64,000 nt of DNA. It comes from the human T2T-CHM13v2.0 reference genome, Homo sapiens. The notes under the pieces are model-generated. The model made no database searches, was not told the DNA's origin, and saw only the letters and a list, made by a program, of their open reading frames with translations. The position numbers were made by a program, and so were the translations under genes. The stretch lies in NCBI RefSeq assembly GCF_009914755.1, contig NC_060932.1; one strand, given 5' to 3'. Below, one piece after another: positions 1 through 14,434 of this stretch. The first letter of the stretch is position 1, and each line of letters starts with the position of its first letter.

Positions 1-399
1 TTTTCTTAACAGAAACACATCATTTCTATGATGTTCTTACTTTCCACCAGGCTGAGTTTATGTAAAATAACTGAAATTGAAAGAGAACATGCTTACTATG
101 TGCCAGGCACTTTTTCAAACACATCCCATATAGTATTTATTTATTTTTAGTCACAAATACTTAAAAGTGCCAGAAATTTTGTATTATTATTATTATTATA
201 CTTTAAGTTTTAGGGTACATGTGCACAATGTGCAGGTTAGTTACATATGTATACATGTGCCATGCTGGTGCACTGCACCCACTAACTCGTCATCTAGCAT
301 TAGGTATATCTCCCAATGCTATCCCTCCCCTCTCCCCGCACCCCACAACAGTCTTCAGAGTGTGATGTTCCCCTTCCTGTGTCCACGTGTTCTCATTGT

Positions 400-4218
<3,819 letters not shown>

Positions 4219-4281
4219 TATGATGTTAGCTGGTTATTTTGCTCATTAGTTGATGCAGTTTCTTCCTAGTCTCGATGGTCT

Positions 4282-5297
4282 TTACATTTTGGCATGATTT
4301 TGCAGCAGCTGGTACCGGTTGTTCCTTTCCATGTTTAGCACTTCCTTCAGGAGCTCTTTTAGGGCAGGCCTGCTGGTGACAAAATCTCTCAGCATTTGCT
4401 TTTCTGTAAAGTATTTTATTTCTCCTTTACTTATGAAGCTTAGTTTAGCTGGATATGAAATTCTGGGTTGAAAATTCTTTTCTTTAAGAATGTTGAATAT
4501 TGGCCCCCACTCTCTTCTGGCTTGTAGAGTTTCTGCAGAGAGATCCGCTGTTAGTCTGATGGGCTTCCCTTTGTGGGTAACCCGACCTTTCTCTCTGGCT
4601 GCCCTTAACATTTTTTCCTTCATTTCAACTTTAGTGAATCTGACAATTATGTGTCTTGGAGTTGCTCTTCTCGAGGAGTATCTATGTGGCTTTCTCTGTA
4701 TTTCCTGAATCTGAACGTTGGCCTGCCTTGCTAGATTGGGGAAGTTCTCCTGGATAATATCCTGCAGAGTGTTTTCCAACTTGGTTCCATTCTCCCCATC
4801 ACTTTCAGGTACACCAATCAGTCGTAGATTTGGTCTTTTCACATAGTCCCATATTTCTTGGAGGGTTTGTTCATTTCTTTTTATTCTTTTTTCTCTAAAC
4901 TTCCCTTCTCACTTCATTTCATTCATTTCATCTTCCATTGCTGATACCCTTTCTTCCAGTTGATCGCATCGGCTCCTGAGGCTTCTGCATTCTTCCCGTA
5001 GTTCTCGAGCCTTGGCTTTCAGCTCCATCAGCTCCTTTAAGCACTTCTGTGTATTGGTTATTCTAGTTATACATTCTTCTAATTTTTTTTCAAAGTTTTC
5101 AACTTCTTTGCCTTTGGTTTGAATGTCCTCCTGTAGCTCGGAATAATTTGATCATCTGAAGCCTTCTTCTCTCAGCTCGTCAAAGTCATTCTCCGTCCAG
5201 CTTTGTTCCGTTGCTGGTGAGAAACTGCGTTCCTTTGGAGGAGGAGAGGTGCTCTGCTTTTTAGAGTTTGAGTTTTTCTGCTCTGTTTTTTCCCCAT
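4282..5297 (-). pseudogene. L1 ORF1p, disrupted
   Basis: ATGGGGAAAAAACAG starts at 5297. There is a 1-bp deletion near 5270 and a CGA>TGA stop at 4909-4911. The C-terminal 186 aa (KRPNLRLIGVPE...NHAKM) are intact. Confidence 0.95.
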
Positions 5298-6314
5298 CTT
5301 TGTGGTTTTATCTACTTTTGGTCTTTGATGATGGTGATGTACAGATGGGTTTTTGGTGTGGATGTCCTTTCTGTTTGTTAGTTTTCCTTCTAACAGACAG
5401 GACCCTCAGCTGCAGGTCTGTTGGAGTTTGCTAGAGGTCCACTCCAAACCCTGTTTGCCTGGGTATCAGCAGTGGTGTCTGCAGAACAGTGGTTTTTTGT
5501 GAACCGCGAATACTGCTGTCTGATATTTCCTCTGGAAGTTTTGTCTCAGAGGAGTACCTGGCCTTGTGAGGTGTCAGTTTGCCCCTACTTGGGGGGTGCC
5601 TCCCAGTTAGGCTGCTTGGGGCGTCAGGGGTCAGGGACCCACTTGAGGAGGCAGTCTGCCTGTTCTCAGATCTCCAGCTGCGTGCTGGGAGAACCACTGC
5701 TCTCTTCAAAGCTGTCAGACAGGGACATTTCAGTCTGCAGAGGTTACTGCTGTCTTTTTGTTTGTCTGTTCCGTGCCCCCAGAGGTGGAGCCTACAGAGG
5801 CAGGCAGGCCTCCTTGAGCTGTGGTGGGCTCCACCCAATTGGAGCTTCCCAGCTGCTTCGTTTACCTAAGCAAGCCTGGGCAATGGTGGGCGCCCCTCCC
5901 CCAGCCTCGCTGCCACCTTGCAGTTTGATCTCAGACTGCTGTGCTAGCAATCAGCGAGACTCCGTGGGTGTAGGACCCTCCGAGCCAGGTGCGGTATATA
6001 ATCTCCTGGTGCGTGGTTTTTTAAGCCCGTCAGAAAAGCGCAGTATTCGGTTGGGAGTGACCCGATTTTCCAGGTGCCCTCTGTCACCCCTTTCTTTGAC
6101 TAGGAAAGGGAACTCCCTGACCCCTTGCACTTCCTGAGTGAGGCAATGCCTCGCTCAGCTTCGGCTCGCACACGGTGCACCCACTGTCTGTCACTCCCTA
6201 GTGAGATGAACCCGGTACCTCAGATGGAAATGCAGAAATCACCCATCTTCTGTGCTGCTCATGCTGCGAGCTGTAGACCGGAGCTGTTCCTATTCGGCCA
6301 TCTTGGCTCCTCCC
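5298..6314 (-). promoter_or_regulatory. L1 5'UTR internal sense promoter and antisense promoter
   Basis: CpG-enriched L1 5'UTR with an intact YY1 site CAAGATGGCC (ggccatcttg, 6296-6305). A ~20-bp deletion relative to the remembered consensus lies near 6180. Confidence 0.8.
5883..6137 (+). CDS. L1 antisense ORF0-like reading frame (84 aa)
   Basis: ATG at 5883 opens MVGAPPPASLPPCSLISDCCASNQRDSVGVGPSEPG..., which matches primate L1 ORF0. The frame is open to the stop at 6137. Expression is unknown. Confidence 0.65.
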   Translation: MVGAPPPASLPPCSLISDCCASNQRDSVGVGPSEPGAVYNLLVRGFLSPSEKRSIRLGVTRFSRCPLSPLSLTRKGNSLTPCTS

Positions 6315-6326
6315 ACCAGAAATTTT

Positions 6327-6540
6327 TCTAAGTATTCAATGAATATTAACTCATGCACTCTTGCAAAAAACCTTCACATAGGTAATCTTTTTATCACCTC
6401 CATTTTCCAGGTGAGAAAATTAAGGCACAAAAAGTTAAAGAGAATTGTCCAGAGTCACATAGCTAACCAGTGGCAGGCTTCAGGTTTGCACAGTGATAGT
6501 CTGGTCCCAGAGTTAAGGTTCTTTACTTCTACATCTCTTA
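6327..6540 (-). mobile_element. MIR SINE (remainder; interrupted by the L1)
   Basis: The MIR core ccattttccaggtgagaaaattaaggcacaaaaagttaaagagaattgtccagagtcacatagcta is present. The other end lies at ~150-180. Confidence 0.7.
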
Positions 6541-6554
6541 CCCAATGACAATGA

Positions 6555-6710
6555 AGCTCATTTAATCATCCCTAGGAGGAAAGTAATATATCTCTATTTC
6601 GCAGATGATGACACTGAGGTCCAATGCATTTAAGTATTTGCTTGAAATCATACCACTGCTAAAAGGAAGAATATGAATTCACATTCAGTTATTCAGGGTC
6701 AAAAGCCTGT
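6555..6710 (-). mobile_element. MIR SINE
   Basis: ctcatttaatc...atttcgcagatgatgacactgaggt is a MIR core. Confidence 0.6.
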
Positions 6711-7339
6711 CTTAATAGCAGCGATTGAATCTTTAAGGGACACATTTGCCAATGTCACACCGCTGCTAAAGGCAGAGCCTAAAAGCACGCTTGGATCTGT
6801 CACCCAAATCAGTGTGTTTATACTTCAATGAATAGACAATAAATTATGAGTTTAAATGTTTTGGGGAATTGCTTAAAATATTTCCCATTTATATGTAATA
6901 AAATAACAACTAACAAAAGCTAGAATTTACTATGTTCCATTATTGCTATTAATGTATGTGTACTTTCTAATTTATTAAGATAATACACAGGCATCTCATG
7001 AAAATCATCCAACATATAGAAGAATATATAGAATAAAGCAAAAATCATCAGAAACTCCACCGTCTTGGATGACCATAGTTGATATTCTGGTGAGTATTTT
7101 TACATTTACTTTCTCTACACATTTAATGCATGTACCATATATGCAATCATACAATTTTAGGAAAATGGAATCTTACTATAGATATTATTTGTAACTTGCT
7201 TTTATCCATTCATTGCTTCATTCAAAATACTTATTCACAGCTTAACGTTTATCAAATGATATGCTTGAAACAATATGTTGTGTTCACTTTTCTATTTCAA
7301 TGAACAGAAATATCAATCTTTTCATGGGTAATAATCTGC

Positions 7340-7730
7340 AGTAGTCAGGATAGGCAAGGTTATTCTGTAGTAACAAATTAACCCTTTCAACTCAGTGGCT
7401 TAATGAAAAAAGAATTACTTCTTGCTTACACAGTTGGCTGTGGGTCCGGTGTTCCTAAATGGTGACTCTCAGATCCATGCCTCTTCCATCTTATGGTTCT
7501 CATCTCGGTGAGGGACTTCTGGTCACTGCAGCAGGGGAAAAGTGCTGGAACATTACACAAAGGCGTTCCACGGCCTTGGTCTAAAAGTCAACCTGAAACA
7601 CTTTGTTCCTGGTCCTCTGACCAGAAGTAGTCACATGGTGCCACCTAACTTCAGGAAGCCTGGGATATATAATCTTCTGTGTGCCTCAGGGAAGGCGAAG
7701 AGAACCAGAAATTGGTAATGTCTCCCACCT
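7340..7730 (-). mobile_element. MLT1K/L-like ERVL-MaLR solo LTR
   Basis: Starts gtagtcaggataggcaaggttattctgtagtaacaaa...ctcagtggcttaa and ends with agtcacatggtgccacctaact-type motifs. Confidence 0.65.
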
Positions 7731-7929
7731 GAGAATTCTTCTGTGGAATGTTTCATTTATTTAGCTAATTTTCTCTGGATTCATAGTTACTATTGTTTCT
7801 GTTTTATGAACAACACTGTGATGAACATCCTTCCACATGTATTACATACTCTCATCCATTAATTTCTCAGTTTAAATTCCTGGAGAAGAAATCAATAAGT
7901 CAAAAGTATATTTAAAATATTAATATAGG

Positions 7930-8430
7930 TTCTGGACCTAGACTGCTCATCCCTGCTCTTCTCCCATGTAACACAGGGGCTTAAAGCCCAGAAAGTATGT
8001 TTCTCAGACTCCTTTGGGTTAAAGTTCAGTTTAGAATCTGTTAATGAGAGGCACTCCTGTGAGATGGAGAAGGAAAAGCTATTATTCTCTGGGAACAACT
8101 TAGGGCTGACACATGGGGCAACTCAAACATGAAGTTTTCCAATTGCATCTGGGCATCCTCATGAGAACTATACACATCAGCACTACCATCAGTGAGGTCA
8201 TCTGTGTCTCCAGGTGCTCTCTGGAGAATCACCTATTTCAGTATTGCAGGGAGCTAAGATATAACTGGTGACCGCCTTGTAATCTTGCACTGCTGGATTT
8301 CTTGAAAGGAGCCTTCCCAATCTACATTCCTCCAGACTCCCAGCTGTTGTGTAAACCTCAGTGTAAATACTCAATATCATTCCTCTTCTTTCCTAGAATG
8401 GCTTCTGTTCCGATTGAACCTTGACTGATG
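7930..8430 (+). mobile_element. LTR33-like ERVL solo LTR
   Basis: Contains tttctcagactcctttg...gaggcactcctgtgagatggagaagg and ends tagaatggcttctgttcc...accttgactgat. Confidence 0.5.
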
Positions 8431-10272
8431 TAGCACCTATCACCAAATTGCTGTTCAGGAAATATGTCCTAAAGAAACTCCCAACAGCAGCAATACATCA
8501 GAGTGGCACCTCTTTACACTGGTTCTTGGTAGGTACTGTCAATATTTTTCAACTTTGGCAAAGTAATACTCAAAACAAAAAAAAATTAGTAGTGGTTTAT
8601 ATTTGCATTTCTTGAGTTCAAAATATTTATTATATTTTACTAGTTGTTTTTTCTTCTTTTGTAAATTGTATATTGATGTCTTTGATTATCATGCCTCCTC
8701 TTTTGACTAACAAACTTTCCTAAATACTCTCCTCTTCGGTACTACTTTTATTTGGCACTAGTTTGCCCCTCTTATATTCCAAGGGTAATCATTTGTTTCA
8801 GTATATTAGGTCTGGGGAAGAAAGATCATTTGCATGTGAACAAATGACTAAGTCACCAAGTGGGAGACTGCAGCCTGTTAGGGTAATTCCTTCTCTCTGC
8901 ACCAAAGAGGACAAACACTTTTAAGTATGAAAAGCATGTTAAGGCAGATTATTTTGAATAAAAATAACTTGTAAGGCTTTCTTAATGGTATTTGGTTCTC
9001 ATTTTCCCCTTTGGTTTCCCCTTTCACCAATGATCCTCTTTTGGTGTGAGTCTGTGACACATCACATCCTTTAAAGAAGAAAATAAAATTTCTACAGATG
9101 AAAGTGTTTGCAGGGAGTGGGTTTATGCTATACTGCTTCTGAGACTCTGAAAGAGAGACTACCATCAGAAAGAGTTGTATTTTCCTTTTGAACCTGAGAG
9201 ATGAAAAAACAGCAGCAAAAGTAAACTTTAAGCAAAGGAATTGAGGGAAAAATGCCAGATAGCTTTGGTCAAATGGTCATAATTTGCCAAGAATTAAAAC
9301 TGGAAGAGAAGATTAACACTTTGAGGGTGGTTTAGAACCAGGAATGGAAATGAAGACTTACAAATCTATTTGATTGGTGATGGCCCTGAAGAGTTGGGCT
9401 GAGATAGATTCTGAGGCAAAGTCCATGTTTAATTAGAAAGTGTCCTGTGGTCACTTAATGATGGCTGCCACAGTTCAGGAAGCTGAGGGAAAAAAACAGA
9501 TGCCACAAATTTATCATTCTCTGGTTTAGGATGTGGGTCTCAACTGGAGCTAAGAAATGATATTTTCTAAGATGAAATTGCGTAAACGTGAACATTCCCT
9601 AATGTCCTAGAAAAAAGGAGGACTTTCTAATGCAGCCTGTCTCCATCCCAAATTCCTCATATCTGTTTGGTTGATGAACACTGGTTGAAGCTGGATACAA
9701 AATTGTTTTAATTTACCTGACATAGGAAATTATTAGCACTATTTTTTAAATTCTACAAAGACCATAGCCAATATCTTATAAGCTCATACCCACAAGATCA
9801 TAAACATAAACTCTCTTTTGAGGAGACTTACTTACTGCTGAAAGACATTGGTGAGTAATGGATATAGGTTTCATGGTGGATACATTATGCCCTAATCACA
9901 AACTATTCCTTGGAGAGTTTCATTAATTCTTTTATGTCAGTTCTGTACTGTTTAATGTTTCCAGACATTTTAATAAAGAACAGACTAGTATATTAATTCT
10001 TTTATTCATTTCACACAGATTTTTTGTTCTTACTATGTACAAAACACTTAATTGGGATGGCCATAGAGACGTAAGACGTGGTTTACCATATATGAGAAGC
10101 TTACACACATTGGGGGAACAAGGGCGACACAGATGAAAATCTAAACAATATAAGCAGAAAATTTTAGAAATGTAGAAAAGTTGCCATTTGAGTGACAGCG
10201 ATAATAAAACCCAGAGAAGTCTAGTAGAGGCTGTGTGCCCAGGAAATACTTCACAATAGAAATAGAAATGAA

Positions 10273-10530
10273 GGCCAGGCCTAGTGGCTGATGCCTGTAT
10301 TCCCAGTACTTAGGGAGGCTGAGGTGGCTGGATTGCTTGAGCTCAGGAGTTCAAGACCAGCTTGGGCAACAGAGTGAAATTCTGTCTCTATAAAGAAATA
10401 CAAAAATTAGCGGGGTGTGGTGGTGCCCACCTTGTGGTTCCTGCCTCTCAGAGATGGGATCATCGCTTGAGCCCGGGGAGGCAGCCTGGGCAACAGAGTG
10501 AGATCCTGAGGAAAAAAAAAAAAAGAGAGA
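10273..10530 (+). mobile_element. AluJ with internally deleted right arm
   Basis: Left arm ggccaggcctagtggctgatgcctgt..., A-rich linker, shortened right arm and poly(A) at 10512-10524. Confidence 0.85.
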
Positions 10531-11002
10531 GAAAGAAAGAAAACATGGATAAAACCAAACTCAATAGAGAGAAATAAGAGGCAGTAAGTATATTTCTATT
10601 TGGATTGGGTTGGAAATAGTGTGGCAATATGAAAATGAGCATGTTATGTATCTGCCCAGCTGGAGAGAAAGGTTTCTTGTTGAGAAAATAGTGGAAGAGT
10701 TGGAAATGCTCATTCGATGCCTTTGGCTATTTTTGGATGTATCCAGGGGTACTTTAAGTCCATAGCCCTGTGGAATTTCCAAAGTCTTTGGTGCCCTAGG
10801 GCTAACTCTGGAGGTCTTGTTCCATTTGAAGCACATCCCTGAAGTTTGTCCAAATGGCAGTTCATGCTCCAGAATTTTCCCAGATCAACATTTTTTAAAC
10901 CGTTCTAAAGTACGTTATTAGATATTCTGTTTTAAGAAATCAATGCTAGCCGTATTTTTCTTTTTAACATTCATCATAAATATGTCTGAAAGAAATATTA
11001 AA

Positions 11003-11068
11003 GAACTTATGCATGTAACCAAACACCATCTGTTCCCCAATAACCTATGGACATAAAGAATTTTTTAA
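11003..11068 (+). mobile_element. Very short 5'-truncated L1 (L1PB/old L1PA-like 3' terminus)
   Basis: gaacttatgcatgtaaccaaacaccatctgttccccaataacctatgg is flanked by a perfect 14-bp TSD aaagaaatattaaa (10989-11002 and 11069-11082). Confidence 0.75.
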
Positions 11069-11351
11069 AAAGAAATATTAAACTGTACTATTAATACTAA
11101 ACTATATTATAATGTTAAACTATGTGTATACATGTAGTTTTTATTTTAGTATATCAGTACGTATTCCACATAAAAAATGCCAAGAAGTTGCAGAAGAGAC
11201 CATGTAATGCATGAAAACATTATGTTTAATTTTGTTCATGGGCTGCACCTACCAACCTGAGAATCGTATTGATGTATGTTGCCTATCAAGTGGTTTTGGA
11301 CCGTTATATATCTTGTTTTAGAATGTAAATATGTATTTGTGTTAGTTAGTG

Positions 11352-11400
11352 TTTATACTATGCAGTCTTTATACTATGCAATATTTATACTATGCAATCT
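11352..11400. repeat. 16-bp tandem repeat, 3 copies
   Basis: The unit tttatactatgca plus 3 variable bases occurs three times. Confidence 0.8.
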
Positions 11401-11777
11401 TGTTCCCATGCATCTGTGACTATTAGAAGGTCTTTTAACATAACAATCAGAATATAATCACTCTCAAACTGTTTTAAATTGGACCAGACAAAAGGTAGAA
11501 TACTTCAGAGTAGGGATAGTAATCAATGTCTTCAATTTCTTTTAAAACTAGGAACTGAACCTTTAGAATCTAATTAATCATTTTTGGTGCAATCTTATTC
11601 AAGAATACCAAAATATTTTAGAACATATTATTCTTCTTTTGAAAATATACTTGTATAGAACAAAATTTTTATACTCTATATCAATTAGCAAAAATTATAG
11701 GAATAAACTTGGTGCTACTCCTGATATAAAAAACTGACCTATCAGTAGTTTTCCTCATATGAAAAATATACACCATC

Positions 11778-12201
11778 TATAGTGGGTTGAATGGTGCCCC
11801 CTCAGGAGACATGTATGTACACCTGAAACCTGTTGAGTAGGAACATATTTTGTAAAAGAGCATCTACAGATATAATCAAGTTAAGGATCTTCAGATATGA
11901 CCATTAGGTGAATCTTAAATGCAATGACACATGTCCTTATAAGAAGGGGAGACACAGACACAGAGAGAAGCCCATATGAAGACAGAGGCAGATATTGAAG
12001 TTACATAGCCCCAAACCAAGACTATCAAGGGTTTCCAGCAGCTACCAGAAGCTAGGAGAGGCGTGGAATATATTCTAAGAGCCTCTAGAGGGAAACAATT
12101 CTGCTAACATCTTGATTTTGGACTTCTTAGCTTCCATAACTGTTGTTTAAAGCTACCAAGTTTTTGGTAATTTGTTACAGCAGATCTAGGAAACTAATAC
12201 G
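11778..12201 (+). mobile_element. MLT1C-like MaLR solo LTR
   Basis: Runs from agtgggttgaatggtgcccc through gaagacagaggcagatattg and ccagaagctaggagag to tttgttacagcag...ggaaactaatac. Confidence 0.85.
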
Positions 12202-12204
12202 TTA

Positions 12205-12330
12205 CCCATTTCTTTCTTCATATCTCCCTTTCTCCCCTTCTTTCTTCCCTTTTTCCTCCCTCCCTCCCTCCCTCCCTCCCTCCCTCCCTCCCTTCCTTCC
12301 TTCCTTCCTTCCTTCCTTCCTTCCTTCCTT
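12205..12330. repeat. Polypyrimidine (CCCT)n(CCTT)n microsatellite
   Basis: Directly visible. It adjoins an L2 3' tail (cagtgcctactatgtg). Confidence 0.9.
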
Positions 12331-12879
12331 ATCTCATGCACTCAGCAAACCTTTCAGTGCCTACTATGTGATAGGCAGTGGGCAAGTGGGATTAGAAATG
12401 TAGCAGTAATAATAAAACACCATCTCAGACACATTGTGTTTTATTACACCTTTTGGGAGATATACAATGTCTTTCTTAATTTTTCTTTATTGTGAATGCT
12501 TGTGGCCTCTTCTTCATTCACATCAGCATCTGAACACGTTCCTGCCAAATGCACTTTAAATGTGAATGCTAACTTATTTGACTATACTTGTGTCAAATGT
12601 TGTTCTGCAAAAGTTGTACTAGATCTCAGTACTGATCATGCTCCCTGCTGAAGGCATTGGCCAGCTTGGGGAAGGACTGCCTTTGTCTGCATCTACCTTA
12701 TCACTCCCCAAGCTCTGAGGGATTTGGGAGTCCAGGACTGGCCGCTGTGGCTCCTTATTCGATTTACCCTCCTCCACTGTGCCCCATGTTGTATTTCCTT
12801 CCATCTCCCTTCCCCACCCTCACCCACATTTCTCCTCTTTTAGCCCTCAGCTCTCATGCTTTTTTTGATCTTTTGACAT

Positions 12880-13830
12880 AGCCAAATAAAATCCTAACTT
12901 TTTACCATGATTTACAAGTACAAAATGCTCTGGGCTCCCTCTCCTGCCACTCCTCTCTTGGCTCACTAGACATCAAATGCCCTGTTTTCCTTGATGTTCC
13001 TCCAAGATTCCAAGTATGCTCCTCCCTCAATGTGTTTATACTGGTGTCTTCTCTGTCAGAAAGGTTCTTCCTGAGACAGTCATGTGGCCCAATCTCTCAC
13101 TTCATATAAGTCTCTGCTTAAATGTCACCTCTTCAGAGAAGACTATGCCCAAACTATTCCTAAGACTGCTAACATAATTTGGATATTTGTCCTTCCGAAT
13201 CTCATGTTGAAATGTGATCCCCAGGGTTGAACGTGGGGCCTAGTGGGAGCTGTTTGGGTCATGGGGCAGAAACCTCATGAATGGCTTGGCGCCATCCCCA
13301 TGGTAATGAGTGAGTTCTCTTTCTGAGTTTATGCGAGATCTGGTTGTTTAAAAAGAGCCTGGCACCTCTGCTTCTCTCTCTTGCTCCCTCTCTTTTGTTT
13401 CGTCTCTCACCATGTGACATGCTGGCTTCCCCTTCACCTTGCACCATGATTGGGAGCTTCTTGGGACCTTCACCAGAAGCGGATGCTGGCACCACACTTC
13501 CTGCACAGCCTGCAGAACCATGAACCCAATAAACCTCTTTTAAAAATAAATTACCCAGCCTCAGGTATTTCTTTATAGCAATGCAAAAACAAACTAATAC
13601 ACTAATTTAGCTGCTTCACTTGTTCTCATTGCATTTACCACTGCCTGGGATTAGAGCATGTATTTGTTGACCTGGTAATTGTCTCCTCACCCAGTGTGTG
13701 TGTTTCAGGAAGAGAAGGACTTCATTTGCTTTCTTCACCGCTGCATTTCCAGATTCCGCAGCTGCATCTGGCACATAGTAGGCATTCAATAAATATTTGT
13801 GAGTGAGTGAGTGAATAAGTAAATAAATAA
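12880..13830 (+). mobile_element. L2 LINE 3' region interrupted by an MST LTR
   Basis: Contains ctctgcttaaatgtcacctcttcagagaag and the terminus tggcacatagtaggcattcaataaatatttgtgagtgagtg. Confidence 0.75.
13170..13601 (+). mobile_element. MSTB-like MaLR solo LTR
   Basis: Runs from tttggatatttgtcc...aatctcatgttgaaatgtgatcccc to aaattacccagcctcaggtatttctttatagcaatgc...ctaataca. Confidence 0.9.
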
Positions 13831-13949
13831 AGTCAGAGCAGACAAATGTGATAAGACAATGAAGCCCCAGGGCATTTGTGCCCTTCCTTGGTAACACAGT
13901 TGTATTGTAGTAACATCTTTCTGGTGGCTTTTTCTTAATCCACATCATA

Positions 13950-14135
13950 ACTAGCATAATAGTTTGCGAAGCACTTTCAAAAGTTCAAGTTCCATAATGT
14001 TCAAAATGGCCCCCAATTTTACAGATGAGGAAATCGAGATCCAGCAAGGCAAGAGATTTAGCAGCTAAGGTCACACAACTCATCAATGACAGAGCTGGAA
14101 TTCAAACCTAGGTTTCTAGACTTCAAATCCAGGAC
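13950..14135 (-). mobile_element. MIR SINE
   Basis: cccaattttacagatgaggaaatcgag...aaggtcacacaact...agagctggaattcaaacctagg. Confidence 0.8.
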
Positions 14136-14434
14136 ATTAAAAAAGATAAAGAATGAAAACCAAAACCAACACAACTGTGAACATCAAAAAACAAGAAACT
14201 TCCACCACAACAGCCTCTCTCTCAAAGGGAAATCAGTCCCGATGTGGCCCAGATGAGGGTTAGGGGTAGTATTTCACGTGATTGTAGTCTGCACTAAATT
14301 CATCATACAAGGAGGCATTTATTACTTTAATGCTTAAAATACATGCCTAATGATTACACAGAAGTGCTTTGGCTTTCCAAGGCTGATGATGTCATCGTGT
14401 CTTCTACAGGCATATTTATATCATTATGGCACCA

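Larger units (their letters stand above)
6960..8690 (-). mobile_element. Ancient L1ME-type fragments interrupted by two LTRs
   Basis: L1ME-like 3' end and ORF2-tail motifs occur at ~6960-7330, 7740-7930 (aacaacactgtgatgaacatcc) and 8430-8690 (gtggtttatatttgcatttctt). Confidence 0.5.

Noticed and set aside
5421-5882. N-terminal part of the 238-aa plus-strand ORF
   Set aside because: It has a non-ATG start inside the L1 5'UTR. Only the ORF0 portion from 5883 is a known frame.
12143-12403. Pro/Ser/Phe-rich ORF
   Set aside because: It is a translation of the (CCCT)/(CCTT) microsatellite.
12410-12446. 11-bp perfect inverted repeat taataaaacac/gtgttttatta
   Set aside because: It is short and AT-rich, and plausible by chance in 64 kb.
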